From NCBI GenBank assembly GCA_900541045.1, contig UQID01000011.1:2053-66052 (forward strand): a stretch of 64,000 bases of DNA. The letters are read 5' to 3'. This document shows, piece after piece, positions 28,447-38,128 of the stretch (positions are counted from its first letter, which is position 1; each line of letters starts with the position of its first letter). Made by a program: the position numbers and the translations under genes. This DNA is from an uncultured Collinsella sp. Lineage in GTDB: Bacteria > Actinomycetota > Coriobacteriia > Coriobacteriales > Coriobacteriaceae. The notes beneath the pieces are model-generated. The model was not told the origin of the DNA, searched no databases, and saw only the letters and a list, made by a program, of their open reading frames with translations.

Positions 28447-28662
28447 TCTTGATCTGTAACAGTTGTAAGGCCGAAAACGGGCTAGATGTTACAGATTGAG
28501 ATTATTTAGGTCGATATCGGTCGTTTGTCTCGATCTGTAACATCTAGGGTCGATTTCGCCGAGTTACTGTTACGGATCGAGATTTTCTTCTCAGCGGAAT
28601 TTGAATGTCTCAATCTGTAACAGGTGGGCCGAAAAATGGACTCTAACTGTTACAGATCGAGA
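28447..28662. repeat. Array of six 15-bp motifs (TCTCGATCTGTAACA consensus) in alternating orientation with 25-26-nt spacers
   Basis: Copies at 28447(+), 28487(-), 28528(+), 28568(-), 28608(+) and 28648(-). Confidence 0.9.
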
Positions 28663-28672
28663 TGTTTGTGGG

Positions 28673-28709
28673 AACCGCCACAAAGGTGCCTGTCCCCTTT
28701 GTGGTGGTT
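28673..28709. repeat. REP-like palindrome with CTGTCCC core
   Basis: AACCGCCACAAAGG-TGCCTGTCC-CCTTTGTGGTGGTT; shares ACAAAGG...CTGTCCC..TTTGT with 53087-53117. Confidence 0.7.
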
Positions 28710-28720
28710 TGGGATGGGGC

Positions 28721-29551
28721 TTAGTATTGCCACATGTGGTTGACGGGGCCGGAGCCTTTGCCCATGTCAAAGCCAGCGGCGAGAGCGCCCGTTAGGTAGG
28801 CCTTGCCGGCGTTGACGGCATCGGCAAGATCCATGCCCTGGGCCAGCGCGCAGGCGATGGCGGACGAAAGCGTACAGCCAGTACCGTGCGTGTTGCCGGT
28901 CTCGATGCGCTTGTGGCGGAACCACGTGGTGAGCGGATCGCCCAGATGGTTGCCCTCGTCATCGAGCGGCGCGGGCTCTGCTAGCACATCGTTGGCCTCG
29001 TTGACAAAATGCCCGCCCTTAACGAGAGACGCGCAGCCAAAGCGACGGGTGAGAAGCATGGCGGCATTTTGCTGCGTGCGCTCGGAATCGACCTCATAAT
29101 CGAGCAGCGCCATGGCCTCGGGAATGTTGGGCGTGATAACGGTCGCCAGCGGGAACAGGCGGCGGGTGAGTGCCTCAGCGGCATCCTCGGCAATGAGGCG
29201 AGCACCCGAGGTGGCGACCATGACGGGGTCGACGACGATATTTTGTGCGTCCCAGGCGCTCAAGCGGTCGGCGATAACCTCGATAATCTCGGCAGAGGAA
29301 ACCATGCCGATCTTGACGGCGCTGGGTCGAATATCGTCAAAAACGGCATCGATCTGCGCCGCGACAATATCCGGAGAGATGTTCTGCACAGCGGTGACGC
29401 CCAGGGTGTTCTGTGCGGTGATGGCTGTGATGGCCGTCTCGGCATACAGGCGGTGCGCCGTGATGGTCTTGATGTCGGCCTGAATGCCGGCGCCACCGCT
29501 GGAATCGGATCCTGCGATGGATAGAACGGCGGGTACCTTACTGCGATCCAT
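28721..29551 (-). CDS. thiD: Hydroxymethylpyrimidine/phosphomethylpyrimidine kinase
   Basis: SIAGSDSSGGAGIQADIKT, VVDPVMVATSG, ITPNIPEA, NTHGTGCTLS. Confidence 0.96.
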   Translation of the reverse strand: MDRSKVPAVLSIAGSDSSGGAGIQADIKTITAHRLYAETAITAITAQNTLGVTAVQNISPDIVAAQIDAVFDDIRPSAVKIGMVSSAEIIEVIADRLSAWDAQNIVVDPVMVATSGARLIAEDAAEALTRRLFPLATVITPNIPEAMALLDYEVDSERTQQNAAMLLTRRFGCASLVKGGHFVNEANDVLAEPAPLDDEGNHLGDPLTTWFRHKRIETGNTHGTGCTLSSAIACALAQGMDLADAVNAGKAYLTGALAAGFDMGKGSGPVNHMWQY

Positions 29552-29729
29552 GTTCGCTCCCTTGTTCGGTCGGATTCAAATGGGTCTTTAAGTCTGCATT
29601 ATAAAGTTGCCCGGGCCGGCTGTATTCCGAACCCGGGCGGGCGATGCAATCTTTACGCAAATGTAAGCAAATGTTCACGCGTCAACAATTGTCGAACACC
29701 TTGTTACCGATTGTGGCTTCGGTGACGCG

Positions 29730-31064
29730 TTAGTCCTCAATACCGAGGTCGATCGTCGTGCCTTCGAACACCTTGTTGACGGTGCGGACGGCGCACATCT
29801 TGCCACACATGGTGCAAGTGCCCTCGGTGGCGGCGGGGGATTCCTCGTAGCGCTTCTTGCCGGTGACCGGGTCGAGCGCGCACTTCCACATGGCGTCCCA
29901 GTCGAGCTTACGGCGTGCCTGGCCCATCTTGTCATCCATGTCGCGGGCGTGCGGCACCTTCTTGGCGATGTCGGCGGCGTGCGCGGCGATCTTGGTGGCC
30001 ATGAGGCCATCGAGCACGTCCTGGGCGTTGGGCAGGCACAGGTGCTCGGCCGGCGTCACGTAGCACAGGAAGTCGGCACCGGAGCTGGCGGAGATGGCGC
30101 CGCCGATGGCAGCGGTGATGTGGTCGTAGCCCACGCCGATATCGGTCACCAGCGGCCCGAGCACATAGAACGGGGCGTTGTGGCACAGGCGCTTCTGCAG
30201 TTTCATGTTGGCGGCGATCTCGTCGAGCGCCATGTGACCCGGGCCTTCGACCATAACCTGGACGCCGGCGGCCCAAGCGCGCTTGCACAGCTTGCCCAGC
30301 TCGATCATCTCGGCGGTCTCGGTTGCGTCGTTGGAGTCGTAGAGGCAGCCCGGGCGGCAGGAGTCGCCGAGCGAGATCGTCACGTCGTATTCGTGACAGA
30401 TCTCGAGCACCTCGTCGTAGAACTCGTAGAAGGGGTTCTCGTTACCGGTGACTTCCATCCAGCCAAACAGCAGCGAGCCGCCGCGACTGACGATGTTCAT
30501 GAGGCGGCCGGTCTCCTTAAAGGTTTTGATGACCGACTTGTTGATGCCGCAGTGGATGGTCATAAAGTCCACGCCGTCCTCGGCATGAGCGCGCACGACC
30601 TCGAGCAGATCGTCCTTGGTGAGCTTGACCAGCGGCTTTTCCATGTAGCCGATGGCGTCATACATGGGGACGGTGCCCACCATAAGCGGCGTCTCGTCGA
30701 TGAGCTGCTGGCGGAACTGGCGCGTCTTGCCCGAGTTGGAGAGGTCCATGATGGCGTCGGCGCCAAAGTCCTCGGCGATCTTGACCTTCTTCCACTCCTC
30801 GGCGGCATCGGCCTTGTCGCCCGAGATGCCCAGGTTGACGTTGACCTTGGTGGACAGGCCCTCGCCGACACCAAAGGCGCGCATGCCCTTTTTGATATGC
30901 ACGATGTTGGCGGGAATGGCGATGCGGCCGTCTGCCACGCGCTCGCGGATGTACTCGGGGTCGCGATGCTCGCGCTCGGCAACCTCCTTCATCTGCGGCG
31001 TGATCTGCCCGGCGCGGGCGAAGTCGATTTGCGTGACGAGCTTGGGCTCGGTCTGTGTGCTCAT
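29730..31064 (-). CDS. thiC: Phosphomethylpyrimidine synthase (radical SAM)
   Basis: TKVNVNLG, GADAIMDLS, IVSRGGS, EGPGH, YDHITAAIG, C-terminal CTMCGKMC. Confidence 0.96.
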   Translation of the reverse strand: MSTQTEPKLVTQIDFARAGQITPQMKEVAEREHRDPEYIRERVADGRIAIPANIVHIKKGMRAFGVGEGLSTKVNVNLGISGDKADAAEEWKKVKIAEDFGADAIMDLSNSGKTRQFRQQLIDETPLMVGTVPMYDAIGYMEKPLVKLTKDDLLEVVRAHAEDGVDFMTIHCGINKSVIKTFKETGRLMNIVSRGGSLLFGWMEVTGNENPFYEFYDEVLEICHEYDVTISLGDSCRPGCLYDSNDATETAEMIELGKLCKRAWAAGVQVMVEGPGHMALDEIAANMKLQKRLCHNAPFYVLGPLVTDIGVGYDHITAAIGGAISASSGADFLCYVTPAEHLCLPNAQDVLDGLMATKIAAHAADIAKKVPHARDMDDKMGQARRKLDWDAMWKCALDPVTGKKRYEESPAATEGTCTMCGKMCAVRTVNKVFEGTTIDLGIED

Positions 31065-31071
31065 TGGCACG

Positions 31072-31168
31072 GCTCCCTTCGTTGGCATTACCCATATCAG
31101 GTTTGCGGGTCAGGGCGGGCGCGCCCAGTCTCAGCCTACCGTCTTGTCCTGCAAGCTCCCCGTTTATG
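31072..31168 (-). ncRNA. TPP riboswitch upstream of thiC
   Basis: Minus strand reads GGGGAGC...GCTGAGA...GACCCGCAAACCTGATATGGGTAATGCCAACGAAGGGAG, the TPP aptamer consensus, ending at the thiC RBS. Confidence 0.95.
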
Positions 31169-31235
31169 TGGTGGGCTCAAGTATAGCCTGAATGGGTACG
31201 ATTGACGCGATGAGCATGCCCGTGGGGAGGCGAAC

Positions 31236-31751
31236 ATGGAAGACAAGCATCTATATCGGGAGACGCAGTGGGATGTGTCGGCCGAGGAGGGCCGTGCCCA
31301 TCATGGGCTGGTCGCAATTGGTTTTGCGATCCTTGTCGTGATGGCGATCGCCTGTTGTATCTGGACGTTTGGCGGGCGTGGGGGAGCTGCCTGGGCGTTT
31401 GAGGCGGACGATAGCCTGCCGATCATGACAGTGAAGGTCACGGGCGGCAATACCGTTGCCGCGCCGGGCGATTATTGGTACCCGCGCGATGAGTTTGTGC
31501 AGTTGCAGCTGAGTGGTGGGTCCATTCCAGGTGAAGAAATCGAACGCGTGACGTTTGACGCGACGCTCAAAACGCTGACGGTGAAGCTCAAAGATCAAGG
31601 GGATGTGCCCACGACCATGGATATCGCCTTGACGGAATGGCGTCTGGAGCCTCCGACGGGTGTTGCGGTGTCCGAGGTCGAGCACGTCAAGATTGCCTAT
31701 CAGGACGGTTCGACAAATGAAATTGCCAAAGCCGACGGCTTGGCGGAATAG
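31236..31751 (+). CDS. Hypothetical single-pass membrane protein
   Basis: GGGGAGG RBS; one TM segment then a soluble domain (LSGGS...PTTMDI). Confidence 0.7.
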   Translation: MEDKHLYRETQWDVSAEEGRAHHGLVAIGFAILVVMAIACCIWTFGGRGGAAWAFEADDSLPIMTVKVTGGNTVAAPGDYWYPRDEFVQLQLSGGSIPGEEIERVTFDATLKTLTVKLKDQGDVPTTMDIALTEWRLEPPTGVAVSEVEHVKIAYQDGSTNEIAKADGLAE

Positions 31752-31791
31752 ACGCCGTGCCTAGGCAGCACATTCAAAAGTAGCGGTGGTT

Positions 31792-32601
31792 CTACAAGGT
31801 CTGTTCGTTCAGGAAGACCAAAGTGTTTTTATTTGAAAGCTCGGGAAGGTGACGATAACCAACGTCGAACGCGGTGAGCCCGCTTACATCCTCGAGCTTG
31901 TTTTCTGCCATCCAGCGCACCATGGAGCCGCGTGCCTTTTTGCTGGCGGTCGATCGCTGGATGGGCTTGCCGTTGCGGACACCTTCGCCAAAGAGACAAG
32001 TGACGGTTGTGGCGTCGCCTGCGAGATGGGGTAGAACGGCCTTGGCGTACTCCACGCTGGCAAGGTTGACGACCGTGGTGTTGGAGCCGGTCGGCGCAAT
32101 GGCGCATGCAAGTTTGTCGCCCCAAAACGCATAGAGGTCTCGGGCATCGTCGACGGAGAGCTTCGCTCCCATTTCGAGCCGATAGGGCGACACGCCGTGG
32201 AAGGGGCGCACGCATCCATAGAGTCCCGAGAGGATCCAGAGATGGCTTTGCAGCCAGTCGAGCTGTGCGGCATCCATGACCTCGGGCGCCATGCTTTGGT
32301 ATTGGATGCCGTGGTAGGACATGAAGGCAGGGGAGAGGTGACGGGCGAGTGCGGGATTGTCGAGATCGCCGTTTTTCAGGATGGGCCCGAACTCATGCAG
32401 GGTGTTGAGACAAGGCCCCAGCAGTTTGTCGCTCACGTTCCATAGCGCCTGCAGACCGCCGCTACCTTCATTTCGTTCGATATCTAGCAGCGCGCGGTGG
32501 AGGCGAGCCGCCTCGTGCACAAAAGGTGGAACGCCCAGGACTTCAAAAGCATCTTGGGCCGCGCGCATCTGCTTGGCGGGCGAAATGATGACCTGCAGCA
32601 T
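31792..32601 (-). CDS. yaaA: Peroxide stress / DNA-binding protein YaaA family
   Basis: IISPAKQM, ILSGLYG..RP, YRLEMG, VNLASVEY, KKARGSMVRW. Confidence 0.92.
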   Translation of the reverse strand: MLQVIISPAKQMRAAQDAFEVLGVPPFVHEAARLHRALLDIERNEGSGGLQALWNVSDKLLGPCLNTLHEFGPILKNGDLDNPALARHLSPAFMSYHGIQYQSMAPEVMDAAQLDWLQSHLWILSGLYGCVRPFHGVSPYRLEMGAKLSVDDARDLYAFWGDKLACAIAPTGSNTTVVNLASVEYAKAVLPHLAGDATTVTCLFGEGVRNGKPIQRSTASKKARGSMVRWMAENKLEDVSGLTAFDVGYRHLPELSNKNTLVFLNEQTL

Positions 32602-32707
32602 GGACGCTCCTCTGCCAAAGAAGGAAGTTGCGGTGGAATACGGCCTGTTTGGGCTATTGAAAGACCAAATCAATCCGTATTCCACCGCAAGTTACGGGTG
32701 GGGTGGA

Positions 32708-34105
32708 TTAGGCGCGCTCGAGGAAGGCCTTGTAGCCGCGGTAGGCCTCGTAGATGTCGGCCTTGTTGGCGACCTCCCACAGGGCGTGCATGGACAGGAC
32801 GGCAACGCCGGAGTCGATGACGTTCATGCCGTACTTGGCCATGATGTAGGCGATGGTGCCGCCGCCGCCCGCGTTGACGCGACCGAGCTCGCAGGTCTGG
32901 AAGTCTACGCCGGCCTCGTCCATGATGTCGCGGACGAGGGCCACATACTCGGCGTCGGCGTCGTTGGAGCCACCCTTGCCGCGGCTGCCCGTGTACTTGT
33001 TAAAGCACAGGCCACGACCCATAAAGGCTGCGTTCTTAGTTTCGAACTTGCCGGCGTAGCCCGGGTCGAAGCCGGCGGACACGTCAGAGGAGAGCATACG
33101 GCTGTGGGCGAGTGCGCGGCGCAGGGCCAGCGGGCTATCCTCGCCGGCGAGCGTCATGATCTCGGCGACGGTGTTCTCGAAGAAGCGGCTCGTCATGCCG
33201 GTGGCACCCACGGAACCGATCTCCTCCTTGTCGACGATGAGTGTGATGCTCGTGCGCTCCACGTTGGCGACGTCGATCTGGGCGAGCATGGACGGATAGG
33301 CGCAGACACGGTCGTCGTGGCCATAGCCCAGAATCATGGAGCGGTCGAGGCCCATGTCGCGGGCCGGGCCGGCGGGCACGACCTCGATCTCGGCGGAGAG
33401 GAAGTCCTCCTCCTCGACGTCGTACTGCTCCTTGAGGATGTCCAGGAACATCTGCTTGACGGGCTCCTTGGGGGCGTCCTTGTCGTCCTCGTCAAACTTG
33501 ACGGGGCGGCCGCCCACGATCACGTCGAGGATCTCGGCATCGACGGCGTCCTTGGCAGGCTTGGACATCTGCTCGCTCGAGAGGTGAATCAGCAGGTCGG
33601 AGATGGTAAAGACCGGGTCGTCCGCCTTGTCTCCGATGTTGATGTCGACGGTGGTGCCGTCCTTTTTGCAGATGACGCCCACGAGTGCGAGCGGGGAGGC
33701 TACCCAGTGGTAGCTCTTGACGCCGCCGTAGTAGTGCGTGTCGAGGTAGGCCATGTCGCCGGCCTCGAAGGCGGGATTCTGCTTAAGGTCCAGGCGCGGC
33801 GAGTCCACGTGGGCGCCCAGGATGTTAAAGCCCTGCTCGAGCGGGGCGGTGCCCAGGTTGACGAGCATAAGGTCCTTGCCGTGATTGGCGGCGTACACCT
33901 TGTCGCCGGCCTTGAGCGCGCGGCCCTCGGAGATCACGGTCTCCAGATTGACGTAGCCCGCCTCCTCGGCCATCTTGATACCGGTCTTGACGCACAGGCG
34001 CTCGGTCTTGTTCTCGCTCAAAAACTGCTTATAGCCGCGGCAAAGCTCCTCGAGCTCTTCGATCTGCTGTGGCGTGTACTTTTTCCATGCGCAGGGACGT
34101 TCCAT
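32708..34105 (-). CDS. M18 family aminopeptidase
   Basis: GAHVDSPRLDLK, THYYGG, GHDDRVC, DKEEIGS, SSDV, SMHA; AAAGGAG RBS before ATG 34105. Confidence 0.92.
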   Translation of the reverse strand: MERPCAWKKYTPQQIEELEELCRGYKQFLSENKTERLCVKTGIKMAEEAGYVNLETVISEGRALKAGDKVYAANHGKDLMLVNLGTAPLEQGFNILGAHVDSPRLDLKQNPAFEAGDMAYLDTHYYGGVKSYHWVASPLALVGVICKKDGTTVDINIGDKADDPVFTISDLLIHLSSEQMSKPAKDAVDAEILDVIVGGRPVKFDEDDKDAPKEPVKQMFLDILKEQYDVEEEDFLSAEIEVVPAGPARDMGLDRSMILGYGHDDRVCAYPSMLAQIDVANVERTSITLIVDKEEIGSVGATGMTSRFFENTVAEIMTLAGEDSPLALRRALAHSRMLSSDVSAGFDPGYAGKFETKNAAFMGRGLCFNKYTGSRGKGGSNDADAEYVALVRDIMDEAGVDFQTCELGRVNAGGGGTIAYIMAKYGMNVIDSGVAVLSMHALWEVANKADIYEAYRGYKAFLERA

Positions 34106-34271
34106 GACGCAGGCTCCTTTCGGATCGATCGTGCTGGTTGATGTACCGTGAGCCATCGTATCACGCGCGGGCCCGCGGCGGCAGGGAAGCCTGATGTGCG
34201 GTGGCCGCGGGGCGGGGAGCGTGTAAACTGGTGTGAGCAAACCGTGCCCAGCCCAAAGCGAGGTATTCAAT

Positions 34272-37019
34272 ATGTCTGACAAGCGCCGCACCTTTGCCGT
34301 TATCGACGGCAACTCGCTCATGCACCGCGCCTTCCACGCCGTGCCGCCGACCATGAACGCGCCGGACGGTCGTCCCACCAACGCGATCTTTGGCTTTTTG
34401 AATATGTTCCTCAAGATGATTGACGCCTTTAATCCCGACGGCGTTGTTGTGGCGTTTGACAAGGGCAAGCCGCGCGTGCGCATGGAGATGCTGCCGCAGT
34501 ACAAGGCTCAGCGCCCGCCCATGGACCCCGATCTGCACGCACAGTTTCCCATGATTAAGGAGCTGCTCGCCGCGCTCAACGTGCCGATTTTGCAGTCCGA
34601 GGGCTGGGAAGGCGATGACATTCTGGGCACTATGGCGCGCCTGGGCGAGCAGGCCGGCTGTGACATGCTGCTGGTGACCGGTGATCGCGATATGTATCAG
34701 CTCGTGACCGAGCACGTCAACGTGGTCTCGACCCGCAAGGGCCTGTCCGACGTGGCGATCATGACGCCCGAGAGCGTGGACGATCTGTATCACGGCATCA
34801 CGCCGGCACTCGTGCCCGACTTTTATGGTCTGAAGGGCGATACGTCCGACAACATCCCCGGCGTGCCGGGCATCGGCCCCAAAAAGGCGAGCGCGCTCAT
34901 CGCACAGTACGGTAGCCTGGACGAGGTCATCGCACACGCCGACGAGGTCAAGGGCAAAATGGGCGAAAACCTGCGCGCGCACATCGACGACGCGCTGCTG
35001 AGTCGCAAGGTGGCGACCATCCGCACCGATGCACCCGTTGAGCTCGATTTTGAGGCGACGTCCTTCCCGGCGTTTTCTGCCGATGAGGTTTCCGCGGCGC
35101 TGGGTACGCTTGGTATCACCGCCATGCAGAACCGTTTCTTGGCACTGATCGGCGGCGAGGGCGGGGCTGCTGCCTCCAGTGTGTTTGAGATGCCTGCGAT
35201 GGTTCGCGCGGCCGCCGGCGATGCTGACGCGCTTGGTGCCGTTGCGGCTGAGATCTCCCGTGCGATTGGTGCCGGTGAGTGGGTCGCCGCCGTGGTGGAC
35301 GACGACAAGGAAGAGGGCGCGCTCTTTGGGCTGACGTGCACGCTGTGGTTGGCGACGTCCAAGGGCCTGTTCGCGCTCGAAGAGGGCGACAGCGATGCGG
35401 CGGCTGAGGTTGAGGGCTTCAACTTCGCCCACGGCGTGATTGCCGGCGTGCTCGTGCGTCTGTTTATGGAGGGCCGCGTGGCGAGCCCGGACATGAAGGC
35501 GCTGTTGCACGAGCTTTCGCCCATCGATTCCTCTGAGCCCGAGCTCATGGATCCGCTGGCAGCCGATTCCACGCGTATCTTCGATACCGTGGTCGCTGCC
35601 TACCTGCTGGATTCCGACCGCTCCGAGTTCGATGAGGCATATCTGGCCGATACCTATCTGCAGATGGCGCTGCCTGCGGCGCGCGGCGCAGAGGGTGCTG
35701 GTGAGGACGCTCCTGCGCCCGCCGCTCGCACGGCGGCCTTAACGCTGGCGCTGGTCACACCGCTGCGTGACCGCATGGCCCGTGAGAATGCCGCCAACGT
35801 GTTCGATGGCATCGAGATGCCACTCGTGCCGGTGCTTGCCAAGATGGAGCGCGCGGGCATGCTCGTGGACCCCGACCGCCTGCGCAATCTGTCCGAGGGT
35901 CTGGCGACCCAGATTGCCGAGGTTGAGCGCAGCATTCGCGACCTGGCAGGTGACGAGACCTTTAATATTGGCAGTCCCATGCAGCTGTCGCACGTGCTCT
36001 TTGATGTGATGGGGCTTCCGACCAAGGGCCTCAAGAAGACTAAGCGCGGCTACTATTCGACCAACGCCAAGGTGTTGAGCGACCTTGCCCGCGACCACGA
36101 GATCGTGCGCCTGATTTTAGACTGGCGCGAGAAGTCCAAGATTAAGTCGACCTATCTGGACACGCTAGGTCCGCTGCGTCGTGGCGACGGTCGTGTGCAC
36201 ACCACGTACAACCAGACCATCACCGCGACGGGGCGTCTGTCTTCGAGCGACCCGAATCTGCAGAACATCCCGACGCGCTCGGAGCTGGGTCGTACCGTCA
36301 AGACGGCGTTTTCGGCAGGCGAGGGAAGCGTCTTTTTGGCGGTGGACTACTCGCAGATCGAGCTGCGCCTGCTCGCGCATCTTTCGGGTGACGAGCACCT
36401 GGTGCGCGCCTTTAACGAGGGCGAGGACTTCCACGCCGAGACGGCGGCGCGCGTATTTGGTGTGCCGGTGTCCGAGGTGACTCCCGACCTGCGCAGCCGC
36501 GCCAAGGCCGTGAACTTTGGTATCGTGTACGGCCAGCAGGCCTACGGCCTGTCGCAGTCGCTGCATATCTCGATGGCCGAGGCGCGCGACATGATCGATC
36601 GCTACTACGAGGCCTACCCGGGCGTGCGCACGTTCCTCGACAATGTGGTGGCGCGCGCCAAGCAGGCGGGCTATGCCGAGACCATGTATGGCCGCAGACG
36701 CCATATTCCCGAGCTCAAGGCCAAAAATCCGCAGCTTCGCGGCTTTGGCGAGCGCACGGCCATGAACCACCCCATGCAGGGCACAGCCGCCGACATCATC
36801 AAGATTGCGATGGCCCGCGTGAGCCGCCGTCTGGAAGAAGAAGGCTTTGCCGCCCACATGATCTTGCAGGTGCACGACGAACTGGACTTTGAGTGCCCCA
36901 TCAACGAAGTCGAGCGCCTCACAGCTATGGTCCGCGGCGTCATGGAGCACGTAGTAGACCTACGCGTACCCCTAATCGCCGAAGCTTCGACTGGAGTAAC
37001 CTGGGCAGACGCCAAATAA
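34272..37019 (+). CDS. polA: DNA polymerase I
   Basis: 5'-3' exonuclease (IDGNSLMHRAF, GDTSDNIPGVPGIG); polymerase motifs TGRLSSSDPNLQNIP, DYSQIELR, KAVNFGIVYG, QVHDEL. Confidence 0.98.
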   Translation: MSDKRRTFAVIDGNSLMHRAFHAVPPTMNAPDGRPTNAIFGFLNMFLKMIDAFNPDGVVVAFDKGKPRVRMEMLPQYKAQRPPMDPDLHAQFPMIKELLAALNVPILQSEGWEGDDILGTMARLGEQAGCDMLLVTGDRDMYQLVTEHVNVVSTRKGLSDVAIMTPESVDDLYHGITPALVPDFYGLKGDTSDNIPGVPGIGPKKASALIAQYGSLDEVIAHADEVKGKMGENLRAHIDDALLSRKVATIRTDAPVELDFEATSFPAFSADEVSAALGTLGITAMQNRFLALIGGEGGAAASSVFEMPAMVRAAAGDADALGAVAAEISRAIGAGEWVAAVVDDDKEEGALFGLTCTLWLATSKGLFALEEGDSDAAAEVEGFNFAHGVIAGVLVRLFMEGRVASPDMKALLHELSPIDSSEPELMDPLAADSTRIFDTVVAAYLLDSDRSEFDEAYLADTYLQMALPAARGAEGAGEDAPAPAARTAALTLALVTPLRDRMARENAANVFDGIEMPLVPVLAKMERAGMLVDPDRLRNLSEGLATQIAEVERSIRDLAGDETFNIGSPMQLSHVLFDVMGLPTKGLKKTKRGYYSTNAKVLSDLARDHEIVRLILDWREKSKIKSTYLDTLGPLRRGDGRVHTTYNQTITATGRLSSSDPNLQNIPTRSELGRTVKTAFSAGEGSVFLAVDYSQIELRLLAHLSGDEHLVRAFNEGEDFHAETAARVFGVPVSEVTPDLRSRAKAVNFGIVYGQQAYGLSQSLHISMAEARDMIDRYYEAYPGVRTFLDNVVARAKQAGYAETMYGRRRHIPELKAKNPQLRGFGERTAMNHPMQGTAADIIKIAMARVSRRLEEEGFAAHMILQVHDELDFECPINEVERLTAMVRGVMEHVVDLRVPLIAEASTGVTWADAK

Positions 37020-37053
37020 GGGCACACCCACAATCCCAAAGTAATCAAAACCA

Positions 37054-37091
37054 GAAGGGGGGGCTCCTTGCCAACAAGGAGCCCCCCCTTC
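37054..37091. terminator. Strong hairpin after polA (possible bidirectional terminator)
   Basis: GAAGGGGGGGCTCCTTG-CCAA-CAAGGAGCCCCCCCTTC perfect inverted repeat. Confidence 0.7.
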
Positions 37092-37159
37092 ATTCAATTA
37101 AATTCAGCCAAAGTATCTAGGCGCCAAGACGCCATCCAGGCGGCAAACAAGTCACCCTA

Positions 37160-37289
37160 GGACCTGGCCGGGCGAGGCGGGTAAGTTTTTCGTAGATTCC
37201 GCACGAGCCGGAAAGCACTTAATGTGCTTTCCGAGCGAGCCCAGGACCTGACCGAACGAAAAACTTACCCGCCTCGCCCGGTCAGGTCC
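37160..37289. repeat. 130-bp palindromic intergenic element with 34-bp inverted arms and an inner hairpin
   Basis: 37160-37193 pairs with 37256-37289 (one G-T mismatch); inner CGGAAAGCAC-TTAAT-GTGCTTTCCG. Confidence 0.85.
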
Positions 37290-37300
37290 GACGAGCAACG

Positions 37301-38128
37301 TTAACGAGCCGCCAAGATGGCGTCGATGAGCGTCAGTACGCCCCCGTCGTTGTTACTCGGAATGCGCCACTTAGCATGCGCGTTCATGTGCTCCTCGGCG
37401 TTGTCCACGATAAAGCTGTGACCGACGCGCTCCAGCATGGGGATGTCGTTGTACGTATCGCCCACGGCGGCGGCGTCGGCGATATCGATGCCCAGGTGTT
37501 CGCACAGGTGCGCGACGCCGGCGCCCTTGTCGACGCCCAGGTTCATAAAGTCGATCCACTCGCGCCCGGCGTTGGTGACGTAGAGCTTGTCCGAGAACTC
37601 GGGGCTATAGGTCTCGCGGAAAGCGGGCTCGGCGTCGTAGCCGGGGAAGAAGACCGAAATCTTGTTGGACTCGAAATCAATGCCCTCAAAGCTGTCGACG
37701 TAGTTGATTGTGTTGTAGTAGACGCTGATCTCGTCGTGGTATTGATGGTCGCGGGCAAGCACGTAGAACTCGTCGAAGCAGCACAGGACGGGGACAGCGC
37801 GAGGATCCTCCGAGGCACGGCTCAAGACCTGCTGATACAGCTCCACGTCAATATTGCTCTTATAGATATAGCTGCCGCGATAGATCACGCACGCTCCGTT
37901 GTCGGGACAAAAGGCGAGGCGGTTTTTGATGCCCTCGAACATCTCCTCGAGCTTGGGGGCGGGACGTCCGCTGGCGGGGCAGAATACGATGCCGGCGTCG
38001 GCAAGCTTGTCCAGGCGCTCATCAAGACCCTGGGGCAGCACGCGCTCGTCGGTGAGCAGCGTCTTGTCCATGTCGACGGCGAGAATCTTAATGTTGCCGA
38101 TGTTGGCGTCCGATTCGTAAGTTTGCAT
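37301..38128 (-). CDS. Cof-type HAD-IIB hydrolase
   Basis: AVDMDKTLL, ASGR, DNGA, GVDKG, GDTYNDIPML. Confidence 0.93.
   Translation of the reverse strand: MQTYESDANIGNIKILAVDMDKTLLTDERVLPQGLDERLDKLADAGIVFCPASGRPAPKLEEMFEGIKNRLAFCPDNGACVIYRGSYIYKSNIDVELYQQVLSRASEDPRAVPVLCCFDEFYVLARDHQYHDEISVYYNTINYVDSFEGIDFESNKISVFFPGYDAEPAFRETYSPEFSDKLYVTNAGREWIDFMNLGVDKGAGVAHLCEHLGIDIADAAAVGDTYNDIPMLERVGHSFIVDNAEEHMNAHAKWRIPSNNDGGVLTLIDAILAAR

Noticed and set aside
28447..28662. CRISPR interpretation of the periodic array
   Set aside because: Repeats are only 15 bp and alternate in orientation, spacers share fragments, and no cas genes or leader are present.
29692..29777. 14-bp direct repeat TCGAACACCTTGTT (29692 and 29764) and resemblance to an SOS half-site
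   Set aside because: One copy is thiC coding sequence, there is no GTTC half-site at the right spacing, and no cargo lies between the copies; likely chance or a tiny duplication.
35150..35800. Divergent Ala-rich middle region of PolA as a possible insertion or intein
   Set aside because: No intein terminal motifs; consistent with the degenerate 3'-5' exonuclease domain typical of Gram-positive PolA.
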